Source of the DNA: Candidatus Micrarchaeota archaeon
GTDB lineage: Archaea > Micrarchaeota > Micrarchaeia > Micrarchaeales > CABMGC01
Direction: 5' to 3'
Assembly (NCBI GenBank): GCA_027319905.1
Contig: DAHVMJ010000005.1
Location: 1 to 40,578, forward strand
Length of the DNA: 40,578 nt
This document shows, in pieces, positions 1 through 8,824 of the stretch. Both the position numbers and the translations under genes were made by a program. Each line of letters starts with the position of its first letter. Position 1 is the first letter of the stretch. The notes under the pieces are model-generated. The model did no database searches and was not told the DNA's origin. It worked only from the letters and a program-made list of their open reading frames with translations.

Positions 1-75
1 AGATTTGAACTCTCGCACCCACAAAGGGAACGGGTCCTAAGCCCGCCGCATTTGGCCAAGCTCTGCCACCCCTGC
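1..75 (-). tRNA. tRNA-Leu (anticodon TAG), 3' end cut by window edge
   Basis: Reverse complement reads GCAGGGGTGGCAGAGCTTGGCCAAATGCG-GCGGG-CTTAGGA-CCCGT-long variable arm-GAGAGTTCAAATCT: D-loop GG, anticodon loop CT-TAG-GA, long variable arm typical of Leu/Ser tRNAs, T-loop GTTCAAAT. Confidence 0.93.
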
Positions 76-99
76 GCATAAGCAATTCTGTAGAGAAAC

Positions 100-108
100 T
101 TTATATAT
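100..108. promoter_or_regulatory. Probable TATA box, possibly serving both the tRNA (minus) and the HAD gene (plus)
   Basis: TTTATATAT lies about 25 nt upstream of the tRNA 5' end, between divergent genes. Confidence 0.5.
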
Positions 109-158
109 CAGCCAAGGCATAGTAATACCGTCCAGAGGACGATGGCGATGCCGGGCCA

Positions 159-509
159 ATCAACAAAGCTGATAAGCGGATTCTAATCATAGACCTAGAT
201 GGCACGCTCTGTGAGGACATAGAAAACGAGGAGGGAGCCATGCGAATGCTCCGTGCGAAGCCCTTCCGCGAGACTATAAGGCGCATAAACAGGTTGCGGC
301 GGGCGGGGCACTATATATGCATCTTCACTGCAAGGACGGATGAGCACGAGACTGCCACGCTGAAATGGCTGACGAAGCACAGAGTAGGTTACGATAAGAT
401 AGTCTTCAACAAGCCGAGAATCTACGGCTACTCCGGCTATTACTACGTAGACAATGTGAATGTCGTGGCAACGAACCACGGAAGGCACTTTCACGAGGGA
501 CTGATATGA
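159..509 (+). CDS. Small HAD-superfamily phosphatase (capsule-biosynthesis phosphatase-like); start uncertain, possibly frameshifted
   Basis: The frame of ORF 240..509 is open upstream to 126 and encodes ILIIDLDGTLC (motif I at 192-206), then FTAR (motif II), KP (motif III) and YVDN (motif IV). No in-frame ATG/GTG/TTG precedes motif I. Confidence 0.75.
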   Translation: MNKADKRILIIDLDGTLCEDIENEEGAMRMLRAKPFRETIRRINRLRRAGHYICIFTARTDEHETATLKWLTKHRVGYDKIVFNKPRIYGYSGYYYVDNVNVVATNHGRHFHEGLI

Positions 510-551
510 GCGTCAGGTTTTTAATTACGAAGTTGATAGTTAAGTGAGCTT

Positions 552-1856
552 ATGACAAGCACGAAGTACATCAGAGACAATCTAGAAGCAATTAAAAAAT
601 CTCTCGCGAAAAGGAACAGCAAGTTTCCGCTGGATGAGTTGCTTGCTCTTGATGAGAAGGCCAGAAAGAGCGAGCACGAAGTACAAGAGCTGAGAACTGA
701 AAGGAATAAAGGCAGCGAACAGATATCGGATGCTAAGAAAGCAGGAAAGGAAGCTGATAAAGACCTACTTGGGAAGCTGGCGGAAATCAAGGAAAAAATA
801 GAAGAGATAGAGGGCACATTACCCAAGGACAAGGAACGTATTGACTATCTTCTCTGGAACATTCCGAACATCGCGCACGACAGCGTGCCTAAAGGCAAAG
901 ACGATAGCGAAAACCCTGAGATAAGGAAGTGGGGAACTGCAAAGGAAGGTAAACCGGATGGCACGCATGAAGAAATATTGAACAGGCTAGGGTTTATTGA
1001 CATAGAAACCGCAGCTAAGGTCTCGGGCGCCAGATTTTTCTATCTGAAAGGGGACCTTGCGCTACTTGAACAGTCGGTCCTCAGATTCAGCACGGACCTT
1101 CTGGCAAAGAAGGGGTTCATGCCAATCTCTCCACCTTTCATGCTCAGAAAAGAGGTCTATAACGGGATAGTGCCGTTTGCAACTTTTGAAGATGCACTAT
1201 ATCGCGTCTCTAGCTTAAGGGAGATAGCAGAAGGCAATAGTTCGGAGAAGATGGACGAAGACCTCTTTCTCATCTCTACAACAGAGCACCCGATGATTGC
1301 TCTTCACGCCGGTGAGATGATACCTGCATCCAAATTGCCAATAAAGTACGTCGGGCTCAGTCCTGCATTTAGGAAAGAACTCGGCGCGCATGGCAAAGAT
1401 ACGAAAGGCATATTCAGGGTTCATCAGTTCGTGCAGACTGAACAGGTAGTGATCTGCAGACAGGAGGATTCGTGGAAGTTCTTCAACGAGATGATAGGTA
1501 ACATTGAGGAGATTTGGAGAACCTTGGGAATACCACACAGGGTCATAGAGATATGCTCGGGTGACCTTTCTTCCAGAGACGCTAAATCTTACGACTGCGA
1601 AGCCTGGATACCGAGCCAGCAGAAATACCGCGAGGTAGCTTCCTGCTCCAACGTGACAGACTGGCAGAGCAGAAGACTTGGAATAAGGTACGAGGAGGGC
1701 GGCGAGAGAAAGTATGCGCACACGTTGAATGCGACAGGTGTGCCTACACCTAGGGCGCTGATACCAATAATTGAGAACAACCTCAACAGTGATGGCACGG
1801 TCACCGTTCCCGATGTTCTTGTGCCCTACATGGGCAAGAAGCTAATCGGCCGGTAG
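552..1856 (+). CDS. serS: Seryl-tRNA synthetase (bacterial/eukaryal-type class II)
   Basis: N-terminal coiled-coil arm, TTEHP (TxE), FRKELG...GIFRVHQF (motif 2), REVASCSN, HTLNATG..PR (motif 3). Confidence 0.95.
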   Translation: MTSTKYIRDNLEAIKKSLAKRNSKFPLDELLALDEKARKSEHEVQELRTERNKGSEQISDAKKAGKEADKDLLGKLAEIKEKIEEIEGTLPKDKERIDYLLWNIPNIAHDSVPKGKDDSENPEIRKWGTAKEGKPDGTHEEILNRLGFIDIETAAKVSGARFFYLKGDLALLEQSVLRFSTDLLAKKGFMPISPPFMLRKEVYNGIVPFATFEDALYRVSSLREIAEGNSSEKMDEDLFLISTTEHPMIALHAGEMIPASKLPIKYVGLSPAFRKELGAHGKDTKGIFRVHQFVQTEQVVICRQEDSWKFFNEMIGNIEEIWRTLGIPHRVIEICSGDLSSRDAKSYDCEAWIPSQQKYREVASCSNVTDWQSRRLGIRYEEGGERKYAHTLNATGVPTPRALIPIIENNLNSDGTVTVPDVLVPYMGKKLIGR

Positions 1857-1909
1857 CAGTTCCTATCACGCGTAAGGTTAAATTAACCGGGAGCGTAAAG
1901 TATGATGGC

Positions 1910-3103
1910 ATGAAGAAGGAGTATAACCTATTGAGGGAGATAAAGAGGCTCAAGTCGGTGCGCGGTTACGGGACGCAGTTGGTAAGCGTCTACATACCAG
2001 CGGGCTACAACATCAACGAAGAGGTATCAAGGCTGAGGAACGAGTACAGCACCAGCAGCAACATAAAGTCGAAGCAGACGAGGACCAACGTCCTCGGCGC
2101 GATCGACAAGATACTCCAGTACCTGAAGCTCTACCGCGAGACTCCAGAGAACGGTCTCGTGGTGTTCGCGGGCAACGTCTCGAACGACCAGAGCAAGAGC
2201 GACATCGAGCTCTTCTCGATGGAACCTCCGGAGCCGCTCAAGGTCAACATATACAGATGCGACTCCACCTTCGTGCTCGACCCGATAGAGGCAATGGTGG
2301 ACACGAAGGACACGTACGTGATGGTGGTGCTCGACGGCAGGGAGGCGACAGTAGCGACGCTGCGCGGATCTCACATACAGGTGATAAAGAAAGTACATTC
2401 GATGGCACACGCAAAGATGAAGAAGGGCGGTCAGTCTGCGAACAGGTTCAAGCGGGCTATTGAGGAGAGCATAGAGGACTACTATGGAAGGGTGAGCGAG
2501 GTCATAAACGAGATTTTCCTGAGGAGTGAGTTCAAGGAACTCGGGCTGATAGTCGGAGGTCCGGGACCCACAAAAGAGAACTTCGTGAAGGCGAAGGCGC
2601 TCAACTACCAGATCAAGGTACTGGGCGTCTACGACACCGGCTACACCGATGAGACGGGACTGAACGAAATAGTAGAGAAGGCCGGAGACCTGCTCAAGGA
2701 GCAGGAGGCAGCGAAGGAGAGGAAGGTTCTGGAGAGGTTCATGAGAGAGGTCGCTAGCGGAGGCTTGGCCGTGTACGGATACGAGAAGACGAGGGTCGCA
2801 CTGGAGAAGAGGCAGGCGAACACGCTGATACTCAACGACACTGTAGAGATAGCTAACGTGAAGTACAAATGCAGCGTCTGCGGCAACGTGATAGAGAGGA
2901 CAGAGTTCGGAGACGTGCGCCAGGCAAAGCACGATGACGGCGGCACGCTCTCAGTGGTAGAGGAGCACGACGCAATAGAGGAGCTGATAGACCTTGCGGA
3001 CGGCAACGGAGCAGAGACCGTGTTCGTCTCTAGCGAGAGCTCGCTTGGGAAGGAGTTCATCATGGGATTCAAGGGAATCGGAGCGCTTCTGCGCTATAAG
3101 TAA
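1910..3103 (+). CDS. prf1: Archaeal peptide chain release factor aRF1
   Basis: GTQLVSVYIP, NIKS, YRCD and GGQS motifs; C-terminal GIGALLRY. Confidence 0.97.
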   Translation: MKKEYNLLREIKRLKSVRGYGTQLVSVYIPAGYNINEEVSRLRNEYSTSSNIKSKQTRTNVLGAIDKILQYLKLYRETPENGLVVFAGNVSNDQSKSDIELFSMEPPEPLKVNIYRCDSTFVLDPIEAMVDTKDTYVMVVLDGREATVATLRGSHIQVIKKVHSMAHAKMKKGGQSANRFKRAIEESIEDYYGRVSEVINEIFLRSEFKELGLIVGGPGPTKENFVKAKALNYQIKVLGVYDTGYTDETGLNEIVEKAGDLLKEQEAAKERKVLERFMREVASGGLAVYGYEKTRVALEKRQANTLILNDTVEIANVKYKCSVCGNVIERTEFGDVRQAKHDDGGTLSVVEEHDAIEELIDLADGNGAETVFVSSESSLGKEFIMGFKGIGALLRYK

Positions 3104-3136
3104 TGGAATGGGTGCGCAGAAGGATATAATAATCTT

Positions 3137-3158
3137 TATCTGTATACATATATAGATA
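3137..3158. promoter_or_regulatory. Inverted repeat just upstream of vapB, candidate autoregulatory operator
   Basis: TATCTGTATA-CA-TATATAGATA; arms pair at 9 of 10 positions; ends 2 nt before the vapB ATG. Confidence 0.55.
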
Positions 3159-3160
3159 GT

Positions 3161-3382
3161 ATGAGAACCATAATGATAACAGATGACGTGTACAACAGAC
3201 TGGCGAGGATGAAAGGCAAGAAAAGCTTTAGCGAGCTGCTAGCAGAACTATCGGCAAAGCGCGCAGAGTCCGGGAAAAGGGCACTTCTGAGAGTAGCAGG
3301 GGTACTAACGCATGAAGAAGCTGAAGAGATGAGGCGCATGATAGACAGGACGCGAAGATATGGCTGGGGTGGTGCGCCATGA
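3161..3382 (+). CDS. vapB: VapB-type antitoxin (archaeal, DUF217-like)
   Basis: MRTIMITDDVYNRLARMKGKKSFSELL signature; stop overlaps vapC start (ATGA). Confidence 0.85.
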   Translation: MRTIMITDDVYNRLARMKGKKSFSELLAELSAKRAESGKRALLRVAGVLTHEEAEEMRRMIDRTRRYGWGGAP

Positions 3383-3771
3383 AGCTGTTTCTCGACACCT
3401 CGGCGATTGTGGAGCTGATGCACGGCAATGAAGAAGTAGAAGACGCCATCGAGAGTTCGGAGAGCGCGAACGTAAGCCCGATAAGTGTTTTTGAAGTGCT
3501 CATAGGGCTGAAAGCAAAGGAGAGAAAAGGAGGAATTCCTGGAGAAGTGGCGGCATTTCCAGTCGTACCGCTTACTTCAAGAGACGCGAAACGCGCCTCT
3601 GCTTCGTTTGCTCTGCTCAGCAATAAGGGGAAAACGGTAAAGCTGCCAGATCTGCTCATCGCGGCGCAAGCCGCCGAAAGAAACGCAACTCTCATTGCGG
3701 CAGACAAGGATTTCGATGTTATAGCGAGCGTGGATAGCGGGCTCTCTGTGCGTCAGATAGCGCAGAAGTGA
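3379..3771 (+). CDS. vapC: VapC PIN-domain ribonuclease toxin
   Basis: FLDTS, SVFEV, PDLLIAAQA, ADKDF acidic PIN motifs. Confidence 0.9.
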   Translation: MKLFLDTSAIVELMHGNEEVEDAIESSESANVSPISVFEVLIGLKAKERKGGIPGEVAAFPVVPLTSRDAKRASASFALLSNKGKTVKLPDLLIAAQAAERNATLIAADKDFDVIASVDSGLSVRQIAQK

Positions 3772-3855
3772 ATACCACTACTCATGCAACCAGGGATGCT
3801 TTTTAAAGCTAATTAAGGGATAGCTACTACACATTTTCTGAATCACGGTGTTTGA

Positions 3856-4137
3856 TTGGGGGAGAGGGCATTCAGTCTTTACGATATTGAGCAGTTCATA
3901 AGAGAGGCGGGCGCAGAGCGGGTAACCGAAGATGCTGTCCGCGACCTTGAACGCAGGCTCGAGAAGCTGACCGAGCTGATGGCAAACAGGGCGGCGAGGT
4001 ATGCGGCTCACGCTGGCAGGAGTACGCTGATCAAGAAGCAGGACGTGCTCTTCTCCAAGAGGATCGTCTACAGGAACCCGCCGAGCTTGAGCCCGAAGCC
4101 CAGGAGCACAAAGACGACTTCCAGCAGCGACAGGTAG
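3856..4137 (+). CDS. Archaeal histone-fold protein with C-terminal extension (TTG start)
   Basis: IREAGAERVTEDA...AARYAAHAGRSTLIKKQDV matches the HMf-type fold (AGAERVS..A, HAGRKT...D); GGTG ribosome-binding-like site at 3847-3850. Confidence 0.88.
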   Translation: MGERAFSLYDIEQFIREAGAERVTEDAVRDLERRLEKLTELMANRAARYAAHAGRSTLIKKQDVLFSKRIVYRNPPSLSPKPRSTKTTSSSDR

Positions 4138-5108
4138 AGCGCGATATCTATCTCAGTGGCCCTCTTGAGATTCATCACAAGGTGGGTGAGGCTGTATATC
4201 TTCCTGCCGTAAGGAGCCTTGAAGGTTCCGTCCCTCTGCCTCACGCCCAGGTCGGTGGTGTGGAACTTCTTCCTGAGGTGCAGGAAGAACTCTATTATCC
4301 AGGGTATGAAGAGTATTACTCCGAAATCCTCAGCGTTTCCCATCGCCATTATTGCTACGAAGATCGCGCCTATCGCATAGGTGAAGCTGTCTCCAGGCAT
4401 TATCTTGGCCCTGTATGTGTTGAATGGCAGGAATGCGAGCACTGAAGCGAAGAGTATCGCAGAGAGCAGCGCGCCTATGTAGTTCCCGAAGAAGATAGAA
4501 TAGATGAGAAACCCGATGCTTGCGATAAGCGCGGTTCCGGTCTGCAGTCCGTCGTATCCGCCGAGCAGGTTGAACGCGTTGGACACAAAGACCACCGCGA
4601 GCGGCAGCACCACCAACGGGTAGGCTATGCCCAGGTCCAGTGTGCCAAGGAAAGGTACAGCCACAACGCTCACCCCCGCATTGATGGCCATGAGCGGCAG
4701 CGCGCCTATCACTGTGAGGAGTGGTTTCTGCCACTGCCTAAGCCCCTGCTTCTTGTCCAGCAGGTCGGTTGTCATCACCTTCCTTGCCTTGATGTGTATA
4801 TCGTCGAGGAACCCGACGAGCGCGATGAGAAGGATGGCCAGCCCCACGGCGAACAGGTCAGATATCTGGACCACCGGAGTGAAGATGAATGTGCCGCCGA
4901 ACGCATAGACTAGTATTCCAACTATTATCCCGAACGCCACGGCTATTCCGCCGCTCGTCGGAAGAGGCACGCTCTTCTCCTTGTTCTTGTCATCGATGAT
5001 TATGCCTGAAGATGTCAGGTAGCCTATCACGAACTTTGTGCTGACAAGCGTGATTATGAACGTGATCAATGCGGGCACCAGCAGCGTCAGGAAGGTGTTG
5101 TAGGCCAT
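4068..5108 (-). CDS. aglH: UDP-GlcNAc:dolichyl-phosphate GlcNAc-1-phosphotransferase (MraY/GPT/AglH family)
   Basis: Multiple TM segments; PTSGG, GFLDD, NAFNLLGGYDGL, FNTYRAKIMPGDS motifs. Family is clear; exact sugar specificity is inferred. Confidence 0.85.
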   Translation of the reverse strand: MAYNTFLTLLVPALITFIITLVSTKFVIGYLTSSGIIIDDKNKEKSVPLPTSGGIAVAFGIIVGILVYAFGGTFIFTPVVQISDLFAVGLAILLIALVGFLDDIHIKARKVMTTDLLDKKQGLRQWQKPLLTVIGALPLMAINAGVSVVAVPFLGTLDLGIAYPLVVLPLAVVFVSNAFNLLGGYDGLQTGTALIASIGFLIYSIFFGNYIGALLSAILFASVLAFLPFNTYRAKIMPGDSFTYAIGAIFVAIMAMGNAEDFGVILFIPWIIEFFLHLRKKFHTTDLGVRQRDGTFKAPYGRKIYSLTHLVMNLKRATEIDIALYLSLLEVVFVLLGFGLKLGGFL

Positions 5109-5188
5109 GCAAGGTGTTCTCTGCTTACCAATAAAAAGCTTGTGCGCACTCGCTCAGGAATATAAGCGTTAGAGCCCAAGTAAGCCGC

Positions 5189-6265
5189 ATGTCACTTCTT
5201 CTGGACGCGTACCTGACTTTTGTAACCTTTGTCTTCCTCTGCCTGCTCGCGATGGACATAAACGGCACGCTTAGGAAGCCTGATGACACACAGACACGAT
5301 CCAAAACATACAGGCCCAGGGTGCTCGTGATGGTCCCATGCAAGGGCGAGGAGAAGCGCCTGAGGCAGAACCTTGAATCGCTCAAAGCACAGGCATACGG
5401 AAGGTACTCCGTCGTCGCAATAGTGGACGCGAAGACCGACGGTGCGGTAGCCGCCATAAGGCAGAGTGGTGTCAGCATGATGGTCGCCTCAGGGCCGCGG
5501 GGCGCTGGCAGCGGAAAGGTGCGCGCGCTCCTGCATGCGATGAAGAGACTGCGAGGCTTCGAGGTGTATGTGGTGGCAGACTCTGATGTTAATTTCTCAA
5601 GGGAGTGGCTGGGCAGACTGATCGCACCGCTCTCTAACAAGCGCGTTGGCATCTCCACCTCGTATCCGTTCTTCGAGCCCAAAGCGGGGTTCTGGAGCAG
5701 GGTCAAGATGGTATGGGGTTTCGTTGGCAACAGCCTGATGGAATCGAGCCTGACCAGGTTCGGATGGGGAGGATCCCTGGCTTTCAGGAAGGCGCTCATG
5801 GACAGGCGCGCTATGGAGAGAATGAGCAGATCTGTGTCTGACGATATCTCGGTAACAAACACCTGCAAGATGAAGGGGCTTAAGATAGCATACGTTCCTG
5901 AGGCGCGTATGAGGATAGCCTGCGACGACACGCTCCTGGTATTTGCAGAGTGGGCCAACAGGCAGACGAGCCTGTCGGTGCTCGGCAACAGGCGCGTCCT
6001 CTACTATGGCATAACGTACTACTCAGCGGAGATCCTGGTGCTGCTGACTGGCATTATCGGAACCCTGCTGCTTTCGCCCCTCTTTCTGGTCCTGTTGCTC
6101 CATGCGGCACGCAGCGTGTGGAAGACATTCGCCAGGGCGGGAGAAGTACGTGCAGACACGGCGCTGATCGCGCTGCTAATTCCATTCATATATCTGGTCA
6201 ACCTCGCGGCGGCCACGGGCACCAGGAGCATAACATGGCGCGGTGCGCGCTACAGGCTTCGCTGA
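5189..6265 (+). CDS. Membrane GT2-fold glycosyltransferase (ceramide-glucosyltransferase-like)
   Basis: N-terminal TM, VPCKG, SGKVRAL, VADSD, WGGSLAFR, SDD, EWANRQ, C-terminal TMs and ITWRG. Confidence 0.85.
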   Translation: MSLLLDAYLTFVTFVFLCLLAMDINGTLRKPDDTQTRSKTYRPRVLVMVPCKGEEKRLRQNLESLKAQAYGRYSVVAIVDAKTDGAVAAIRQSGVSMMVASGPRGAGSGKVRALLHAMKRLRGFEVYVVADSDVNFSREWLGRLIAPLSNKRVGISTSYPFFEPKAGFWSRVKMVWGFVGNSLMESSLTRFGWGGSLAFRKALMDRRAMERMSRSVSDDISVTNTCKMKGLKIAYVPEARMRIACDDTLLVFAEWANRQTSLSVLGNRRVLYYGITYYSAEILVLLTGIIGTLLLSPLFLVLLLHAARSVWKTFARAGEVRADTALIALLIPFIYLVNLAAATGTRSITWRGARYRLR

Positions 6266-8820
6266 CTTCCGGCGAGTCCGTTGACGCGCATCAGCTTGAT
6301 GTTTGCGTCTATTCTCTCCAGCGTCCTGTTCAGCTCTGGCACGATCTCCCCGTTCCTGTTCTCCTTCCTGGCGAAGAACCTCGCGATCTCCTGGCGGGCC
6401 TGGCTCTCCTTCTGCGAGCTGAGGAAGCCGACAAAGAACTTGAGCATCATCGTTCCGGCAGGGTAGCGCTTCTGCAGCACCGGCCAGTTCTTCAATGTCC
6501 ATCTCAGCAGCAGCTTGCCTGCGTGCGGGTTGCCCGACGCGACCGCAGGTATGCTCAACGTATCCTGGAACCTGACCTTTTCAGAGAGGCAGAAGTCCAG
6601 CGCGTGGCCCAGCAGTTTAAGGTCGTAGAATCTCCCGAGGACTGCGAGGAACCTGAGCTTCTCTTCGGGGATGAGCTCGTCCGCATAGTGCTTTTTGAAC
6701 CACTCGAACGTCTTGGCGTTTCCCCTTCGCGCCACAGTTCCGAAGATAGCGGACTTGATGTTGGAGTCTATCTGAACCCTTCCCTTCGTATACTCGGAGA
6801 AGATCGACTTCGCCTTTGCCACTACGTGCTCATCTCCTATCATTCCCAGGCTGGATATCACGATGCCTCGCAGCAGGGTGTCGAAGCTGCTCTCTCCTGG
6901 CTTCCTCTCGAACCCCAGGCGCTTGAGCAGCGCGTTGGCAAACCTGGAGATGAGCTTTGATATATCAGTAGAGAGCTGGGTGCCGTTAAGCATCAGGTAC
7001 AGGGCGGCAAGGTGGGAGAGCAGGTTCTCATTGGTAGGGTAGTCGCAGTCCATGCAGTATTCGGATATGAACGAGAGGTACTGCCTCACCGGTATCTTGC
7101 CAGCGCGCGCAAACATGAAGAGGTCGTTCTCCACGCCCCACGCCTCGACGCCCTTCAGCTTCTTGTTGAGTATCGCAGTGCCGAGCAGGGCGAGCAGCTT
7201 CTCGTCGTACCAGACTCGGTACATGCCCTTCTGGCCGCGATTGAGCTTGACAAATTCGTTCCCGCTGAGCTTGATCTTCGTTGAAAGCGAAGAGGAGCTG
7301 AACAGGAGCATGCCCTCCTTGCCGCTTCCGGTGATGTAGTGCACAGGAACGGGCCAGCTTTTCTTTGTCTTCGCTCCGTCGCTTATAATGAATCTCTCCT
7401 GCCTTAGCTGCACCCCCTTTGCCGTCCTGCTCGCGTATACGACAGGATATCCTGGGTTGTCGACCCAGTAGCCTGCCACGTTCCCCACGTACTCGCTCTC
7501 TTTTGCGCGCTTCCCCGCGGCCTCGTCTATTGCATTCCACAGGTCGTACTTGGTGGCGTTAGAGTAGGCGTGCTTCTTGAGGTAGATGTGTAGGCCGCGC
7601 CTGAACGCGTCTTTGCCAGCGTAGTCCTCTATCATGCGGAGTATCGCGCCGCCCTTGTCGTAGCTTATGTTGTCGAATATCGCGCTTATCTCCTTGGGGT
7701 CGCGTACGTGTGTGCTGATCGGGTGCGTTGCCTTGAGCTGGTCAGCAGAGAACGCCAGGTCCATGCTGTCAAGGGTCTCGCTGAGCAGCCCGTCGCCTAT
7801 CGCCCAGGCCGGGAACGTTGCTGCGAGCGTCTTGTAGCTCATGAACGTAGCGAAACTCTCGTTCAGCCATAGGTCGTCCCACCATCTCATCGTGACCAGG
7901 TCTCCGAACCACTGGTGGGCTAGCTCGTGAGCGACAACCTCGGCTATGCGCTGCTTGACAGCTATCGAAGACTTGTCGTTGCCGAGCAGGTCGGCCTCCC
8001 TGAACGTCACTGCGCCCCAGTTCTCCATGGCACCGGCAGCGAAATCAGGTATGCCCAGAAGGTGCAGCTTGGGCAGCGGGTAAGGTATCCTGAAATATCC
8101 CTCGTAGAACTTGACGAACGTCTTCGCGTACCCAAGCGGAAGCACTGCCAGTGACCTCTTGCCCTTCGTAGTCGCAACCGTCTCTTCTATCTTCCCTATC
8201 TTGCCCCTGACCTTCTCGAAGTTGCCTATGCCGAGGTAGAGAAGGTATGTGGACATCTTGAGCGTCTCGTGGAACGTTACCCGCTTCCTTCCGCCGCTGA
8301 GCCTCTCCGTCTTCCGTATCGGCGTGTTGGAGATGCAGTCCAGGCCGTTCTTCACGACCATCGAGACGCTGAAGAGCGCCTTCAGCTCTGGCTCGTCGAA
8401 ACAGGGGAAGCACCTGCGCGCGTCCGCGGCCTCGAACTGCGTTGTGAGAAGGTACCTGGCCCTGCCGCCGTCCACGTACCTGCTCCTGTAGAAGCCATGC
8501 ATCTTGTCGTTGTTTATTCCGGTGAACCTTATCGTTATCCTGGCGTTGCCAGATACCCAATGCTTGAAGCGCAGTGTCAGCAGCTCGTTCTTGGCGTCCA
8601 GCGAGACCTTTGCCCTCTCCTCTTCGTGCCCATGGTGCACGCTCGCGCTCTGAATCTTAAGCTCCGCAGCGTTGAGGACTATCTTCTGCGTCCCCTCCCT
8701 GACCGCGACCTCTATCGTCTCTTTGCCGAGGAACCTGAACGTCTTGAAGTTTGGCTCGAACTCTAGCGAGTAGCGTATCGGGACTACGTTGGTGCCGAGT
8801 GTCTGGTGCTGGTTCTGCAT
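6250..8820 (-). CDS. M1-family zinc aminopeptidase (tricorn-interacting factor F2/F3-like)
   Basis: TQFEAADARRCFPCFDEP, GAMENWG, HELAHQWFG...WLNES, YDKGG, ERAP1-like C-terminal domain. Confidence 0.96.
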   Translation of the reverse strand: MQNQHQTLGTNVVPIRYSLEFEPNFKTFRFLGKETIEVAVREGTQKIVLNAAELKIQSASVHHGHEEERAKVSLDAKNELLTLRFKHWVSGNARITIRFTGINNDKMHGFYRSRYVDGGRARYLLTTQFEAADARRCFPCFDEPELKALFSVSMVVKNGLDCISNTPIRKTERLSGGRKRVTFHETLKMSTYLLYLGIGNFEKVRGKIGKIEETVATTKGKRSLAVLPLGYAKTFVKFYEGYFRIPYPLPKLHLLGIPDFAAGAMENWGAVTFREADLLGNDKSSIAVKQRIAEVVAHELAHQWFGDLVTMRWWDDLWLNESFATFMSYKTLAATFPAWAIGDGLLSETLDSMDLAFSADQLKATHPISTHVRDPKEISAIFDNISYDKGGAILRMIEDYAGKDAFRRGLHIYLKKHAYSNATKYDLWNAIDEAAGKRAKESEYVGNVAGYWVDNPGYPVVYASRTAKGVQLRQERFIISDGAKTKKSWPVPVHYITGSGKEGMLLFSSSSLSTKIKLSGNEFVKLNRGQKGMYRVWYDEKLLALLGTAILNKKLKGVEAWGVENDLFMFARAGKIPVRQYLSFISEYCMDCDYPTNENLLSHLAALYLMLNGTQLSTDISKLISRFANALLKRLGFERKPGESSFDTLLRGIVISSLGMIGDEHVVAKAKSIFSEYTKGRVQIDSNIKSAIFGTVARRGNAKTFEWFKKHYADELIPEEKLRFLAVLGRFYDLKLLGHALDFCLSEKVRFQDTLSIPAVASGNPHAGKLLLRWTLKNWPVLQKRYPAGTMMLKFFVGFLSSQKESQARQEIARFFARKENRNGEIVPELNRTLERIDANIKLMRVNGLAGSQRSL

Positions 8821-8824
8821 CGGA

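Noticed and set aside
1-551. Integrated element at the tRNA
   Set aside because: No integrase or att duplicate in the window; the tRNA 3' end points out of the window, so it cannot be assessed.
2027-2932. 301-aa antisense ORF
   Set aside because: Shadow of aRF1 caused by GC-rich third positions.
5125-6960. Long alternative ORFs 5125..5988 (-) and 5950..6960 (+)
   Set aside because: Overlap well-supported GT2 and M1 peptidase genes; no motifs.
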